Source: Mobula hypostoma (taxonomy: Eukaryota). Taken from it: DNA of 64,000 nucleotides. The stretch spans positions 63,118,001 to 63,182,000 of the forward strand of contig NC_086097.1 of assembly GCF_963921235.1 (NCBI RefSeq), written 5' to 3'. A program made the position numbers and the translations under genes. The notes under the pieces were generated by a model. It saw only the letters and a list, made by a program, of their open reading frames with translations, did not search any database and was not told the origin of the DNA. Positions within the stretch are counted from its first letter, which is position 1. Each line of letters starts with the position of its first letter. This document shows, one piece after another, positions 50,429 through 63,080 of the stretch.

Positions 50429-51654
50429 CTATTTTATTTGATTTTACCTACTTCAGATTTATGTCTTCTAATGTACCCGCCCTGCTTATACAGTTTAGGG
50501 GCACAGTAGATGTGGCCAAAAACATCTCTGCTCATTTTACCTGATCTACTCCTGGGGTTGGTGTTCAGAGGGATGGGAAATGGCTACAGAAACTGTGCTA
50601 AATATTGCTATGGCTGTTTTGAAATTATCCAAGGTAAACCAAAATCAGCTGAGTTTGTATGCCATTCTGATTTTGTACCAAAATTTGGAACACCGTTGAA
50701 CATGAGACAATCACAATGATTTTTTCATTTAACAAGGTCATTTTAATTCTACTACTTAGGTTACTTCTGACATGTTACTTAAATGTGCAAGACACAGCCT
50801 AGTCATGCTGGAATTGGAATTACTTTTGGTTTTCTTCCAGTGTACCAGAATAATTAAGATGTGATTACATTGGCATAGATGATCCGGTGGCAAAATGAAC
50901 ACTTCACTGTTCATCCCGCCGGCATTCACCCACAGGGTCCAGCAGTCTTTTCAACAGGAGCTTACAGTGTTTGGCATTTGGATAAATTCAACACCCTCAA
51001 CAAGACCTCTGGAACATCACCTCTTAATGGGATGAGAAAAAAAACACCATGGATTCTCAACCAGTTGGATACAAGAATCCTTTGGCATAGCCAGAAACTA
51101 TCAACCAGGAAGTACAAATTAGAACTAATAATTGGGAAAGAAATACGAGATTAAGAGGGAAAGATAAAGGAAAATTCTGAAGGAATTAGCCTCTGCAGTC
51201 ATAAAGTTAAATTTTCAGTGTTAGTGAGAAGGTTTGGCATTAATTGGAACTCCATTCAAAATTCACCCACACCATATTGCACAGACCCTAATTATTTCTG
51301 ATGTGTTCAAGGGTTGTTAATGGATAAGCAACACTTCACACCATTACACTGACTCGAATACAACTGTGAAGGAACAGGATAACCACTATAGCTTCCAGAT
51401 GTCTACATTTAATTTCATTTGCAGTGTCCAAAAAGTTGTTTCTCTTTTGGCTTGAAAATGATGGGGAGTATTGTCATCTCACTATTAATCTTAATGCAAA
51501 ACGGCGGTCAAAATTGGGTATGTAATTATGAGGCCATTGTTTTGGCAAAACAAAAAAAAATTAATTTTAATATGGATAAGATAACTACAGTTTGTGAAAT
51601 TAGTATTTAAAGAACATGATTGGAACCCCGATGGTGTTGTTTGTGGCATGCTAA

Positions 51655-51870
51655 ATAAACAGCTTCCATGTAGCATCAGTTCATATTATTGGGATGTCTT
51701 AAAACACTTCAAAATACTTGAAATGCAGTCACTGTTACTATGTAGGCAACTATAGCAACAACAAAAAAAAAATCACTTCACAGCAAGGATCTACTGACAG
51801 AAAATGAATAAGTAAGCAGATAATATATTTGGTTGATGATTATTGAAAAAGAAGTTGAGGCCAGGTAATT
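51655..51870 (-). mobile_element. Ancient Deu-domain-like SINE remnant
   Basis: gggatgtcttaaaacactt...gcagtcactgttactatgtaggcaac...cacagcaagg resembles the recalled consensus. Confidence 0.4.
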
Positions 51871-54800
51871 AAGAAAACTCAAGATTTGGAATACGTCTAC
51901 ATGGATTTTAGTCTATCAGAGCATAAAATCAATCCCGTCTCATCTGAATATCATGAAATAGTTTGGTGCCCGAGTGTCAGTCTTTACACAGCAGAGTGTC
52001 TTGATATTCCACACCCATTGATCTGTGATGATTAATCTGGTCAAACAGTGTTTTGTTACACAATACTCTAGCAATTATTGAGATATATCTCTTGGAGCTT
52101 CCAATATTCTGTTTGTGCTTGCATGGGCATTGAAAATCAGTAGGCTTGATTATTCTGGGGCTGGATATCTCCAGACTCTTTGCTTAGCTCATTCTGTAAG
52201 ACATGCTTTAGAATTTCTACTGTTTCTTGATTCAAATGAACATACAGAAGTCCACACCTCTAGAAGTGCCCCTCTGTCACTCAACATTTGGAGATGCCAC
52301 AAAATTTTATATCAAACCAACATTCATTCGCTTGATCAGGTCAGCTGTCAAAAGAAGTCTTTATTAATATTTATCAGGACCATTCATATGCTCAGGCTTG
52401 CTGGGTTCTGTTCTCAGAGATTGTTTTTTTATTGCTACTGTGCTTTCCTTTCATATACGAATAGTCGCAGCAACATAACTGGCATTTGCATAGCAAGATT
52501 TAATTTCATTGATGTTTACCCCTTACATTTCAGAGCTGCTTCAAGACAGGATACAATAAAGGCTGATGTCAGTCACATGCACAAAGGCAAATCTGAAGAC
52601 CAATATAAATGTGTAAAGTTATTCTGTGGGCCAATACTTTGCTTTTAATATGGTATATTATAGATATGACATACTTCAACTGAATGAAATAATTTCTACT
52701 CCAGCAATGAGCTTGAGAAACAGAAAAAAGGAAAAATGGTTCATCCTTTCAATGTTTTACTACCATTCATTAAGACCATTGTGAATCATCTACCTCAATT
52801 CCCTTTCCTCAACCACCAGGCAATACACTCAATTTCCTTGCTTCTCCTAGCACTCAGAAATCTAATTACCTTTGTTTTTACTACACTCAATGACTGACTA
52901 TTTGCAGTCTTATGGGAATGAAATTTTAAAGATTCTCCTCACTTCATTCACAAATGGCTGACCCTTCGCATCTAAAATTGACATCCAGTTATAAATTTCT
53001 CAGCCAAAGGAAACAACCTCACTCCCTTTATGCCGTCAGGCCACTTGGAGAAATAAATATGCTCGCCTTTTATCTTGCTAATCTCTAGAGAAATTACACC
53101 AAGTCTGCTCAATCACATTCAGCATATTTCCCTCATTTCAGAAATCAGCTTTGTGAATTTTGTTGTTCATCCCCAAAGGCATGTACATCAATCACACAGA
53201 AAGAAGCATATACAGAATCTTCCAAGTGTGTCCAGCAATCCCTTATATAATTCCAATAGAATTTATCCTTCTATCCTTTTGAAATTAAGGCTACAAGTCT
53301 TGAAATCAAGGCTATAGAGCTTATATCATACAAGATTTTCTAACTACTTTCTTTGCCTAAATGTTAACTTTCAGTAAACTGGTGTTATCTCTTCCTTTAA
53401 TTAATACAAAGTTTTCTAAAGTATTAAAATGTGAAGTGGAAAGTTAAGTGTTGACAATCATAATCCACATCATACTAATTGGATCACTGCTTTCTGCATG
53501 ATTTTTGTCATTTGGCGACTGTAGTAATGAGTTCAATGTTAATGCTTGATCAGTAACCATGCTGCTACCCTACACAAAGTTTGTTAAGTGAATATTTAAC
53601 TATCTGAATGGTGTGTCTTGTATAATCAAGCATCACATACTAAGTAAAGGATTCTGATGGGAGAAATGTTTGGCAATTTGTACATTTCTGCAGCTGTTTA
53701 CCACATATCAATGTGTCCATTGCCTAGGGCGTCAATCTTTAAAAAGTAATGGAATGGATTTTCATGCAGGTTGGATATTGTGCAGGTAGTGGGTGGATAT
53801 TTGTTCTGCTCAAAGCAGTCCAATCAATTTTCATGGCTAAGCATCGTTTATGTAAGCTTATCCACATTGTTTAAGCACAACAGTAAATGGCCAACAGTAA
53901 TCACGCTTCTGGTAGGCAGTTCGGTGATTGGGAACAGCAGGGGAAACAAAATCCTTTGACCATTGCTGAAAAAGAAGACTGCAGAGCTTCAAAACAAAGT
54001 TCCCTTTGATAAGGGTCAGTAAGTTTCTGAAGCAGCATGCAGATTGATGGGGTCAAGCATTCCATTCTCCAGTGTTGAGATTAAGTTGTTCATGGAACAA
54101 ATAAGGAATTAATATGATGTTACTGTTGTAAGAACATGACAAACAGTGTAGAACTTATGGCCCATTCACATCTCCCATATTTTATTACTGTTTTGTTCTA
54201 TCCTGCACAGTCCATTCTTTCTTCCTTGGGTTTCTGAGCATCTCTCTCTGTTGCACCAAAGCAATTTACTCTGTATTCTCCTATCTGCATCCACAAATTA
54301 AATCTATTGCAGGAAACATAGGAACAGAGGCAAGTTTTCATACCTCCTAATAATCCAAAATGCAACTAGAACAGCTTCCCACCTCCTAAATCATAGCTTC
54401 TCAAGGGCCATGAAAACAAGCCAAGGAGTAACAAATAGCTTCCAAGTGATCATGCAAAGTGGCGTGCCTCTATTGGCTCCAAGTTAAATCATCGGCACGT
54501 GCAAATGGATTAAAGATCTTAAAATTTTTTTAGTCCAATAGACCCTGGTCTCTCTGTAGTATCAATCTAGCTTGTGGCACTGATTTACAATCCACTATGA
54601 TCATGGTTGAAGTCAATCACACTGGTTCAATTCCTCAGAACATCATCCTAGGCCTAAGCATTTTCCATTGCCTCATTACTGACTTTACTTCCATCATAAG
54701 GTGAGAAGTGGAGATGCTCAACGCTGCCTTCACAATGATCGATTTATTTACAGTTCTGCAAAAAAAATGGTGCAGACATTGTCTGCATGCAATTTTATAA

Positions 54801-54929
54801 TTGATTTTGGAATATGCAAAATAATGTTCAAATTCTCATTACTTATGTTCTTTTTAGTTGCTTGGGTAATTTTTTCCGCAAGCAAACTGGGTAACATAGC
54901 AATTGTTTGAATGAAATCAAACCATCCAA

Positions 54930-55422
54930 ATATTGGCAGAATATAGTATTAATGGTAAGACTCTTGGCAGTGTGGAGGATCAGAGGGATCTTGGGGTCTG
55001 AGTCCATAGGACTCTCAAAGCTGCTGCTCAGGTTGACCCTGTGGTTAAGAAGACATACGGTGTATTGGCCTTCATCAATTGTGGAATTGAATTTAGGAGC
55101 CAAGAGGTAATGTTGCAGCTATATAGGACCCTGGTCAGAACACACTCGTAGTACTGTGCTCAGTTCTGGTTGCCTCACTACAGGAAGGATGTGGAAGCCA
55201 TAGAAAGGGTGCAGAGGAGACTTACAAGGATGTTTTCCTGGATTGGGGAGCATGCCTTATGAGAATAGGTTGAGTGAACTTGGCCTTTTCTCCTTGGAGC
55301 GGCAGAGGATGAGAGGTGACCTGTTAGAGGTGTATAAGATGAGAGGCATTAATCGTGTGGATAGTCAGAGGCTTTTTCCCAGGGCTGAAATGATTGCCAC
55401 GAGAGGGCACAGGTTTAAGGTC
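54930..55422 (+). mobile_element. CR1 internal fragment, same subfamily as 5299-7760
   Basis: Colinear with ~7015-7505 (ggcagaatatagtattaatggtaagactcttggc...gggcacaggtttaagg). Confidence 0.92.
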
Positions 55423-56559
55423 TTTTCACAACACCTCTCCTCTAGGCTGCTTTGCACAGCAATCACTGAAGTAATTAGTTGAAAATAATTTTCACATTAG
55501 AATGTCCAACCAACAACAATGATCTGGAGAGTTCCCAGGAGCGAAGTAGTGAGAGCATAAGTGGACCAATATCAATGCCAGTGCAAGACCTAATTGTTGC
55601 TTCTCGGCCAGCAACCACCATTTCAGTTGCAACTGTCTGAGACAATGCACACGTGATGAGACGTCTTCCTTTATAAATGTCTGAAAAGTAATGCAAATTA
55701 ATTCCCATTGCACAATTGTCAAAGGGAGTACTTAGCTTGTGCTCTAAAGCTGCTCAATTGCTATGTAGTTACTGTCATTTCACCACTTCCTTCCTCTTGA
55801 ATCTTACTTATATGAATGTGCAAACACACAATTAGCCCGTTGAAGTTGTTTGGGGTCACTCTCTTTTTCTTTCCTTGTATTTTGTACTCTTGATGCCTTT
55901 TAAAGGTGTCCATAATAGGGACAAATCTTCCTGTGATTGAGCCACCAGTCACCTGCCCCTTGGTTCCCATTGTTTTTCCTGCTTGTTCTGGTGCAGTCAA
56001 GGCCAGCTCCCAGGTCAGCATATGGACCAACATGACGTAGTGTGGAGCTTGTGTGGTTGTAATCCCCGAGTGTGAAACCCCAACCTTCTCAGGTTGCCTG
56101 CTTTTAGTCCAAAATTGAATGTTTGGGAGTGCTTTCAGCATTGCCAAACATTCAAAAGCAGTTGGAAGTTACTAATACTAAAAAAAACTGATACTAAAAA
56201 ACACACACATTTTGAATTAAAACACAAAAACACACTGATGTTAAAACAGTTAAATACATGCAAACTAGCCGAATAAAAAAAATGGATGTACTTTCATTCA
56301 GCAGCCATTTATCATTCATTTCAATGGAGTTACTGTACTTGTGTAAATACTAATCAGTCCCATGTTTAACAACCAAGTTTCCCAGTCTGACAGCTGGGAA
56401 ACCTGAGGAAGCCAGCAGCTCAGTTGGGCTCCATGACGTCCATTTTCAGCACTGAACCATCAGCTGCCCTGTGGTCCTGTCTGGACACTAAGCTGTTCTC
56501 TTCTCACTCTGAAAGCTGCAGTGGCCTTGATAGTGTTCCTTTTATTGTTCCTTTCTGAA

Positions 56560-56752
56560 CTTAGTGGTGCATCAGGCCGCAACCTTGCCATTTCTTTAGC
56601 ATTTTTGTCTGTTTTTTAAAAACTGAGGCTGAGTTGTTAGTTCGACGCTCGACCCAGCATGGACAAAAAGCATTCAGGGAGCCAGCCAGATTCGAACCCT
56701 GGACCACTCGCCTTGAAGTTCGGGTCAGATGCCACCACACTACCAGCCAGCT
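56560..56752 (-). mobile_element. Short tRNA-derived SINE
   Basis: Minus strand gctggctggtagtgtggtggcatc...ccagggttcgaatctggc (A and B boxes). Confidence 0.75.
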
Positions 56753-58509
56753 AATAGTATACTTTACTAATAGTTGTGCCAAAACAAATTAAAAGGAATA
56801 ATCCTTTTTTTGTTTTATTCTATTACTTAAAATGTGGCTGTTTTTAATTTGTAGAGGCTACATTACAATCAGTCAATCTAATATACCAGCATACATTTCC
56901 TGTCAACTGCAGATACGGTTCTAGGAATTTGCCTGCTTGGTGGATTTCCCTGGGACTTGTTAGTTTGTAGGCTTGATTTTGTAGGGCTTTGCACACGTGG
57001 GTTAAGCCCTCGCAAGTATGGATATTGTTGTTGTATTGCTCTGGGCAAAAGAACAAGAGAGTGATAACACCATCAGTTTCCAGAATCAGGGTGAGCAATA
57101 GGTGGCCATGTAAGAAGACAGGTTGCTCTTCAAAGTTGCTACTCTACTCATGTGATCAAATGGGCAAGAGAAAATTCTCTGGATACGATGGAGGATTGCT
57201 GCACAACTCTGAGATCTTCATGAGACCTACATTCTCAGCTGGTCTAATAAATGGACTCTGACTGTTAAACTGCAGGTACAAATCTGTACAACTGGGCACG
57301 TATCTTTTGGAATTGATATATTAAGCAATAGAAAAATTAGAAATGTAAATATAGTGTATTGGGAAATAATGAAGAAAGGAAGGAAAAACATCTCCTTGGT
57401 TTGGGGACAGCTCAGGCAGCATCTATAGAAAATAATATTTGAGGCCAATATTTTCTGAAAAGGGAGATTGAGTTTTTAAATTTTGTCTAGTTAATGAATG
57501 AACAGGTCAATTGGAGAGATCAAGACAAATAACAATACTGGAAATATGAAAAGCGGAACACAGCAGGTGTGCTAGAAATCTAAAACAAAGATAAGCCCCA
57601 TTGTTTTCTTTATCTCTTCCCCCTCTCTGCAACTTAAAACATACTTGTTTTTTTTCATATTTCCATTTCTGTCTGTTAAGTCTCTTCTGTCCACACATGC
57701 TGCTTGACCTGTGGACTATTCTAAGCTCTAGCTTTTTTTTTGAGTAAAATTAGATACTCAGGGAAATGGAAATTTTGAACTCTTTTTTTTCCATTCTTTG
57801 ATGATAGTTCAATTGTCAATTTGAATCTGAGAATAATAATAAATCTATCAAGGAATATAGAAAAAATTGTTAGATGGAGTTCGGTTAGTTCACAAGTCAC
57901 CAACAAAATTTAATGAAATAATTTTAGTTAGATCTTGGCTGAGCTTTTCAAAGTGAATTTAGCCAATGTTCATCAATATTTGGACAATGGGTGTTTTCCG
58001 TGGAAATATCTAACCTCAAAGTTTCCATTTAGCAGAATATTAAATCACAGCAGCCTCTAGTTCCTTTTAATTACCAAAAATGGTGTAATTATTGCACAGC
58101 ATTGGTGTACAGTTTCATTCTGACAGCATGGGTCTGATTTACTGCAAGCTAAGAGATGCAATCTTCCCCTCAGGAAAATAATGCCCAGACCATTAAAATG
58201 ACAGCTAGATGAGAAAAATAAACACCATTAGAAATCTGTAGCAATAAGATTTGCTTTTCAGTTAATGCTAGCAGCAATTATTAACACAAAGAACAATTGA
58301 TAAGGTATTTCATTTTGTGAAAAGGAAGATACCTAATAATAAAACTTTGATTAGCATGTACAATTTTACAGAACAGTTTAAGGAATGAAATAGAGTTCTA
58401 ATAAAGGTCAAAATGAATCACTGAGGCATTTTTTTTTAAAAAAAAGCACCAGAATACACCTGTTAAGGTTTTGAAATGATATCAGCAAAATTTACAATTT
58501 GTGTATTTT

Positions 58510-58955
58510 AAGACCATAAGATATAGGAGCAGAAGTTGGCCATTTGGCCCGTCAAGTCTGCTCCGCCATTCAGTCATGGGCTGATCCAATTCTTCCAGTC
58601 ACCCCCACTCCCCTGCCTTCTCCCCAGACCCTTTGATGCCCTGGCTAATCAAGAACCTATCTATCTCTGCCTGAAATGCACCCAATGACTTGGCCTCCAC
58701 AGCCACTCGTGGCAACAAATTCCACAGATTTACCACCCTCTGACTAAAGTAATTTCTCAATATCTCTGTTCTAAATGGATGTCCTTCAAACCTGAAGTCG
58801 TGCCCTCTCATCCTGGACTCCCCTACCATGGGAAATAACAGCCATATCTAATCTGTTCAGGCCTTTTAACATTCGGAATGTTTCTATGAGATCCTCCCTC
58901 GTTCTCCTGAACTCCAGGGAATACAGCCCAAGAGCTGCCAGGCGTTCCTCATATT
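58510..58955 (-). mobile_element. CR1 LINE 3' end
   Basis: ORF 58599..58829(-) GESRMRGHDFR...RNYFSQRVVNLWNLLP. Confidence 0.9.
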
Positions 58956-59539
58956 TTAACTATTAGCCAGAAATAAGTGACTAATATTGGAAATTATTGA
59001 ATCAGCTACAACTTTTTCCATGTTTCAGCATATTGTGGATGCTCTCACACAGAAAATTTAATTGGACCTACTGTTCAGTATTAAATAATTGAGACAATAG
59101 TCCAGAAGTTATTTTGCTGATTAAGCTGGTGAAGTGCAGTTCTGCATGTGTAACAATATTCTACTGTGCAAGCTGCCCAGAGTGTCATGTACAATTGAAT
59201 AGGCACTCAAAGATTTAGCATAATGGGTTCCATAAACTTATTTAGGTCATGATGGTGATCATGTTGCAAAGGAGAGGAGAGAGGTCCGGGAGAGGAGTGC
59301 TATAGCTTCAGGGCATCAGGGAGGGGTATTGGAGGTATGCTTTTGCAATAGAATAAAATGTAATAAAATTATAATTGGTTGCTATCAGCCCATCAGGACA
59401 TGCTCATGTATGGAACCAAAATCTGTTGGTAGGGAGTAAATTGGAGATATTAGAGGTGAGAGGTTAATTAATATCACAAAGTGGATTTACCTGGAGGAAC
59501 ATAAAAGCATTGATCTCCCAGATGACAGGCATAGCAGGC

Positions 59540-60762
59540 AGTTCTGGTTGCAGTGATAGTGAAGCTGGCTTCACATTCATTGTGAAGACTTCTTTCTGCA
59601 CAAGAAGCCTGTGTGATATGCAATAGAATTTCAATGGATGGTTAAACGAACAATGCGACCTTGCATAGCACAGCATTTGTCTGATCATCTCCATCTGTAG
59701 GCTGTGCTCCATCTCCCAGCATACAAACAGAAGCTGAAACATGAGAATCCAGTACAGAAAGTCATACTGTGATACCATGAGGAAATAGATGAATTTCTAT
59801 GCAACTACTTTGAGCCAATAGACTGAGCCACATTCAAAGATTTGGCATTCAGCGTAGATGAGTACGTCACCACTTTCACCAACTTTATTAGAAAGTATCA
59901 GCACTGTTTATCAAAGAAATCAACATTGGTGTTTCCAAGTCAGATACCATGGATGAACTGGAGATCTATTTCTGAACTGGAGTACCACAGCATTCAAATC
60001 AGTTGGCTTTGACCTTTACAAGAAATTGAGATATGACTTCTGTGATGTTATTAGGGATGGCTAGAGACAAAACTAGTCCACAATTGTGTCCCAGACCAGC
60101 TGCCAGATGTGGCAGGACTTATATGCCACAACAAGCTACAAAAAAAAGTCAGGCTAATTGCCGACAACAGTGCATTCTTTCCCGATGAACTCGATGTATT
60201 CTGTACACGTTTTGAACAGAAAGGGATTGGAATGTCACGATGCAACCTGACGGTAACCAATGCACCTGAACCCATAGTCACCATAAGATCAATTATAAGA
60301 TCAGTCTTCTGGAGAATGGCTACATGGAAAACACCTGGCCATATCCTTAGATTCTGCATAGATCAGCTGAAAGGAGCATCACACCTCTCCCTGCTGAGCT
60401 CCCCACCTGCTTTAAGAAGATCTCTACCATCCAGTACCTAAGATAACAAGGTAACTTGCCTTAATGACTATTGGCCAGTGGGTCTGATATCAACCACCAT
60501 GAAATGCTTCAAGAGGCTGGACACACCATGCATTAATTCTGGGTTCCCAGATAACCCTGACCCTCTGCAATCCATTCAACTCTACTCCCTATAATTTCAC
60601 AACTGTCATGGTCAGGTTCCCCTCTGACTGCATCTTCAGATTTGCAGCTAATACCACTGCAGTAGGTCGTATCTCAATTAACAATGCGTTGGAGTTCAGA
60701 GAAGTCACTGAGGACCTAGTGGCATGTGTCATAACAACAACCTTTCCTTCAGTATCAGCAAA
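59540..60762 (+). mobile_element. Old Rex1/Babar-type LINE, decayed
   Basis: FFPDELDVFCTRFEQ, VTCLNDYWPVGL...[28 protein letters not shown]. Confidence 0.75.
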
Positions 60763-61772
60763 ATGGACAGTCACAAGGCTGCGGGACCGGACAGCATCCC
60801 AGGGCGGGTACTCAGGATGTGCGCAGAACAACTGGCAGGTGTGTTTACAGACATTTTTGATCTCTCCCCCACTCCCAGTGCAGAGTGCCCTCCTGCTTCA
60901 AAACATCCACCATTGTTCCAATACCTAAAAAGACCAAGGTAACATGTCTGAACGACTGGCGTGCTGTCACACTCACCTCAATAATAAGCAAATGCTTTGA
61001 GAGGCTGGTCAAGGACTACATCTGCAGCTTGCTACCACCCACACCGGATCCCCTACAACTCGTCTACCAACACAACCGATCGACAGATGATGCAATAGCC
61101 ACAGATCTACACACCGTCCTTACGCATCTGAAGAAGGATGCTGATGTGAGAATGCTGTTCTTGGACTACAGTTCAGCATTCAACACCATAATTCCCTCCA
61201 GGCTCAACAAGAAGCTCAGAGACCTCGGCCTTCACCCTGCCTTGTGCAGCAGGATCCTGGACTTCCTGTCAGATCGCCAGCAGGTTGTAACAGGAGTGGG
61301 CTCCCTCACCTCCAACCCTCTGACTCTCAACACAGGTGCCCCTCAGGACTGTGTACTAAATCCCCTCCTGTATACCCATGACTGTGTCGCCACCCACAGC
61401 TCCAATCTGTTAATTAAATTTGCTAACAACTCTACACTGATTGGCCTTATCTCAAATAATAATGAGGCAGCCTACAGAGAAGAAGTCATCACCCTGATAC
61501 AATGGTGTCAAGAAAACAACCTCTCCCTCAATGTTGCAAAAACAAAGGAGCTTGTTGTTGACTACAGGAGGAATGGAGACTGGCTAACCCCTATTGACAT
61601 CAATGGATCTGGGATTGAGAGGGTGAACATCTTTCTCAGCATGAACATCACCGAGGATCTCACATGGTCTGTATATACCAGCTGTGTGGTGAAAAAGGCA
61701 CAACAGCGCCTTTTTCACCTCAGGTGGTTGAAGAAATTTGGTGTGGGCCTCCAAATCCTAGGAACTTTCTAA
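60763..61772 (+). mobile_element. Rex1/Babar-type LINE RT region; truncated at both ends
   Basis: [23 protein letters not shown] 60885..61772 with [29 protein letters not shown] (catalytic DD lost). Confidence 0.92.
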
Positions 61773-63075
61773 ATTAAATTGACTTTATTTCTTACATCCT
61801 TCACATACATGAGGAGCAAAAATCTTTACATTACTTCTCCGTCTAAATGTGCAATGTGCGGTCATAGTAATTTATAATAGCTTATAATAAATAGAACAGT
61901 CAATATAACACAGAAATACACTCAAATCGGTGGGAGTTAATCAGTCCGATGGTCTGGTGGAAGAAGCTATCCCAGAGCCTGTTGGTCCTGGCTTTTATGC
62001 TACGGTACCAATTCCCAGACGATAGCATCTGGAATACATTATGGTTGGGATGACTCGGGTCTCCAATGATCCTATTGGTCCTTTTTACACACCTGTCTTT
62101 GTAAATGTCCTGAATCATGGAAGTTCACAACCACAGATGCGCTGGGCAGTCCGCACCACTCTCTGCAGAGATCTGTGATTAAGGGAGGTACAGTTCCCAT
62201 ACCAGGCAGTGATGCAGCCAGTCATGATGCTCTCAATTGTGCCTCTGTAGAAAGTTCTTAGGAATTGGGGGCCCATACCAAACTTCCTCAACCATCTGAG
62301 GTGAAAGAGGCACTGTTGTGCCTTTTTCACCACACAGCTGGTATGTACAGACCATGTGAGGTCCTCAGTGATGCTGATGCTGTGGAATTTAAAGCTGTTC
62401 ACCCTCTCAACCCCAGATCCATTGATATCAATAGGGTTTAGTCTGTCTCCATTCCTCCTGTAATCCACAACCAGCTCCTTTGCTTTTGCAACATTGAGGG
62501 AGAGGTTGTTTTCTTGACATCACTGAGTCAGAGAGATGACTTGTTCCCTGTAGGCCACCTCGTTATTGTTTGAGATTAGGCCAATCAATGTAGTGCCGTT
62601 GGCAAATTTAATTAGCAGATTAGAGCTGTGGGTGGCACCACAGTCATGGGTATACAGGGGGTAAAGGAGGGGACTTAGTACATAGCCCTGAGGGGCTCCT
62701 GTGTTGAGAGTCAGAGGGGTAAGAGGTGAGGGAGCCCACTCTTACCACCTGCCGGTGATCTGACAGGAAGTTCAGGATCTTGCTGCACAAGGCAGGGTCA
62801 AGGCTGAGGTCTCGGAGCTTCCTGTCCAGCTGAGATGGAATTATGGTGTTGAATATTGAACTGTAGTCCAGGAGCAGCATTCTCACATGAGCATCCCTCT
62901 TCTCCAGATGTGCAAGGACAGTATGTTGTTCAGTGGCTATTGCGTCATCTGTCGATCAGTTGTGTCGGTAGGCAAATTGTGGGCGGTCCAGTTTGGGTGG
63001 TAGCATGCTGCAGATGTAATCCTTGACCAAAGCATTTGCTGATTATTGAGGTTAGTGCGACAGGACACCAGTTAG
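61773..63075 (-). mobile_element. Rex1/Babar-type LINE, same subfamily, antisense, with 3' UTR
   Basis: ORFs 62644..62886, 62115..62468 and 61900..62118 (-) parallel the plus-strand copy and continue through the C-terminus. Confidence 0.92.
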
Positions 63076-63080
63076 GGGCA

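Noticed and set aside
52115..52648. 177-aa ORF in unique DNA
   Set aside because: Non-ATG start, random-like composition and no recognisable domain
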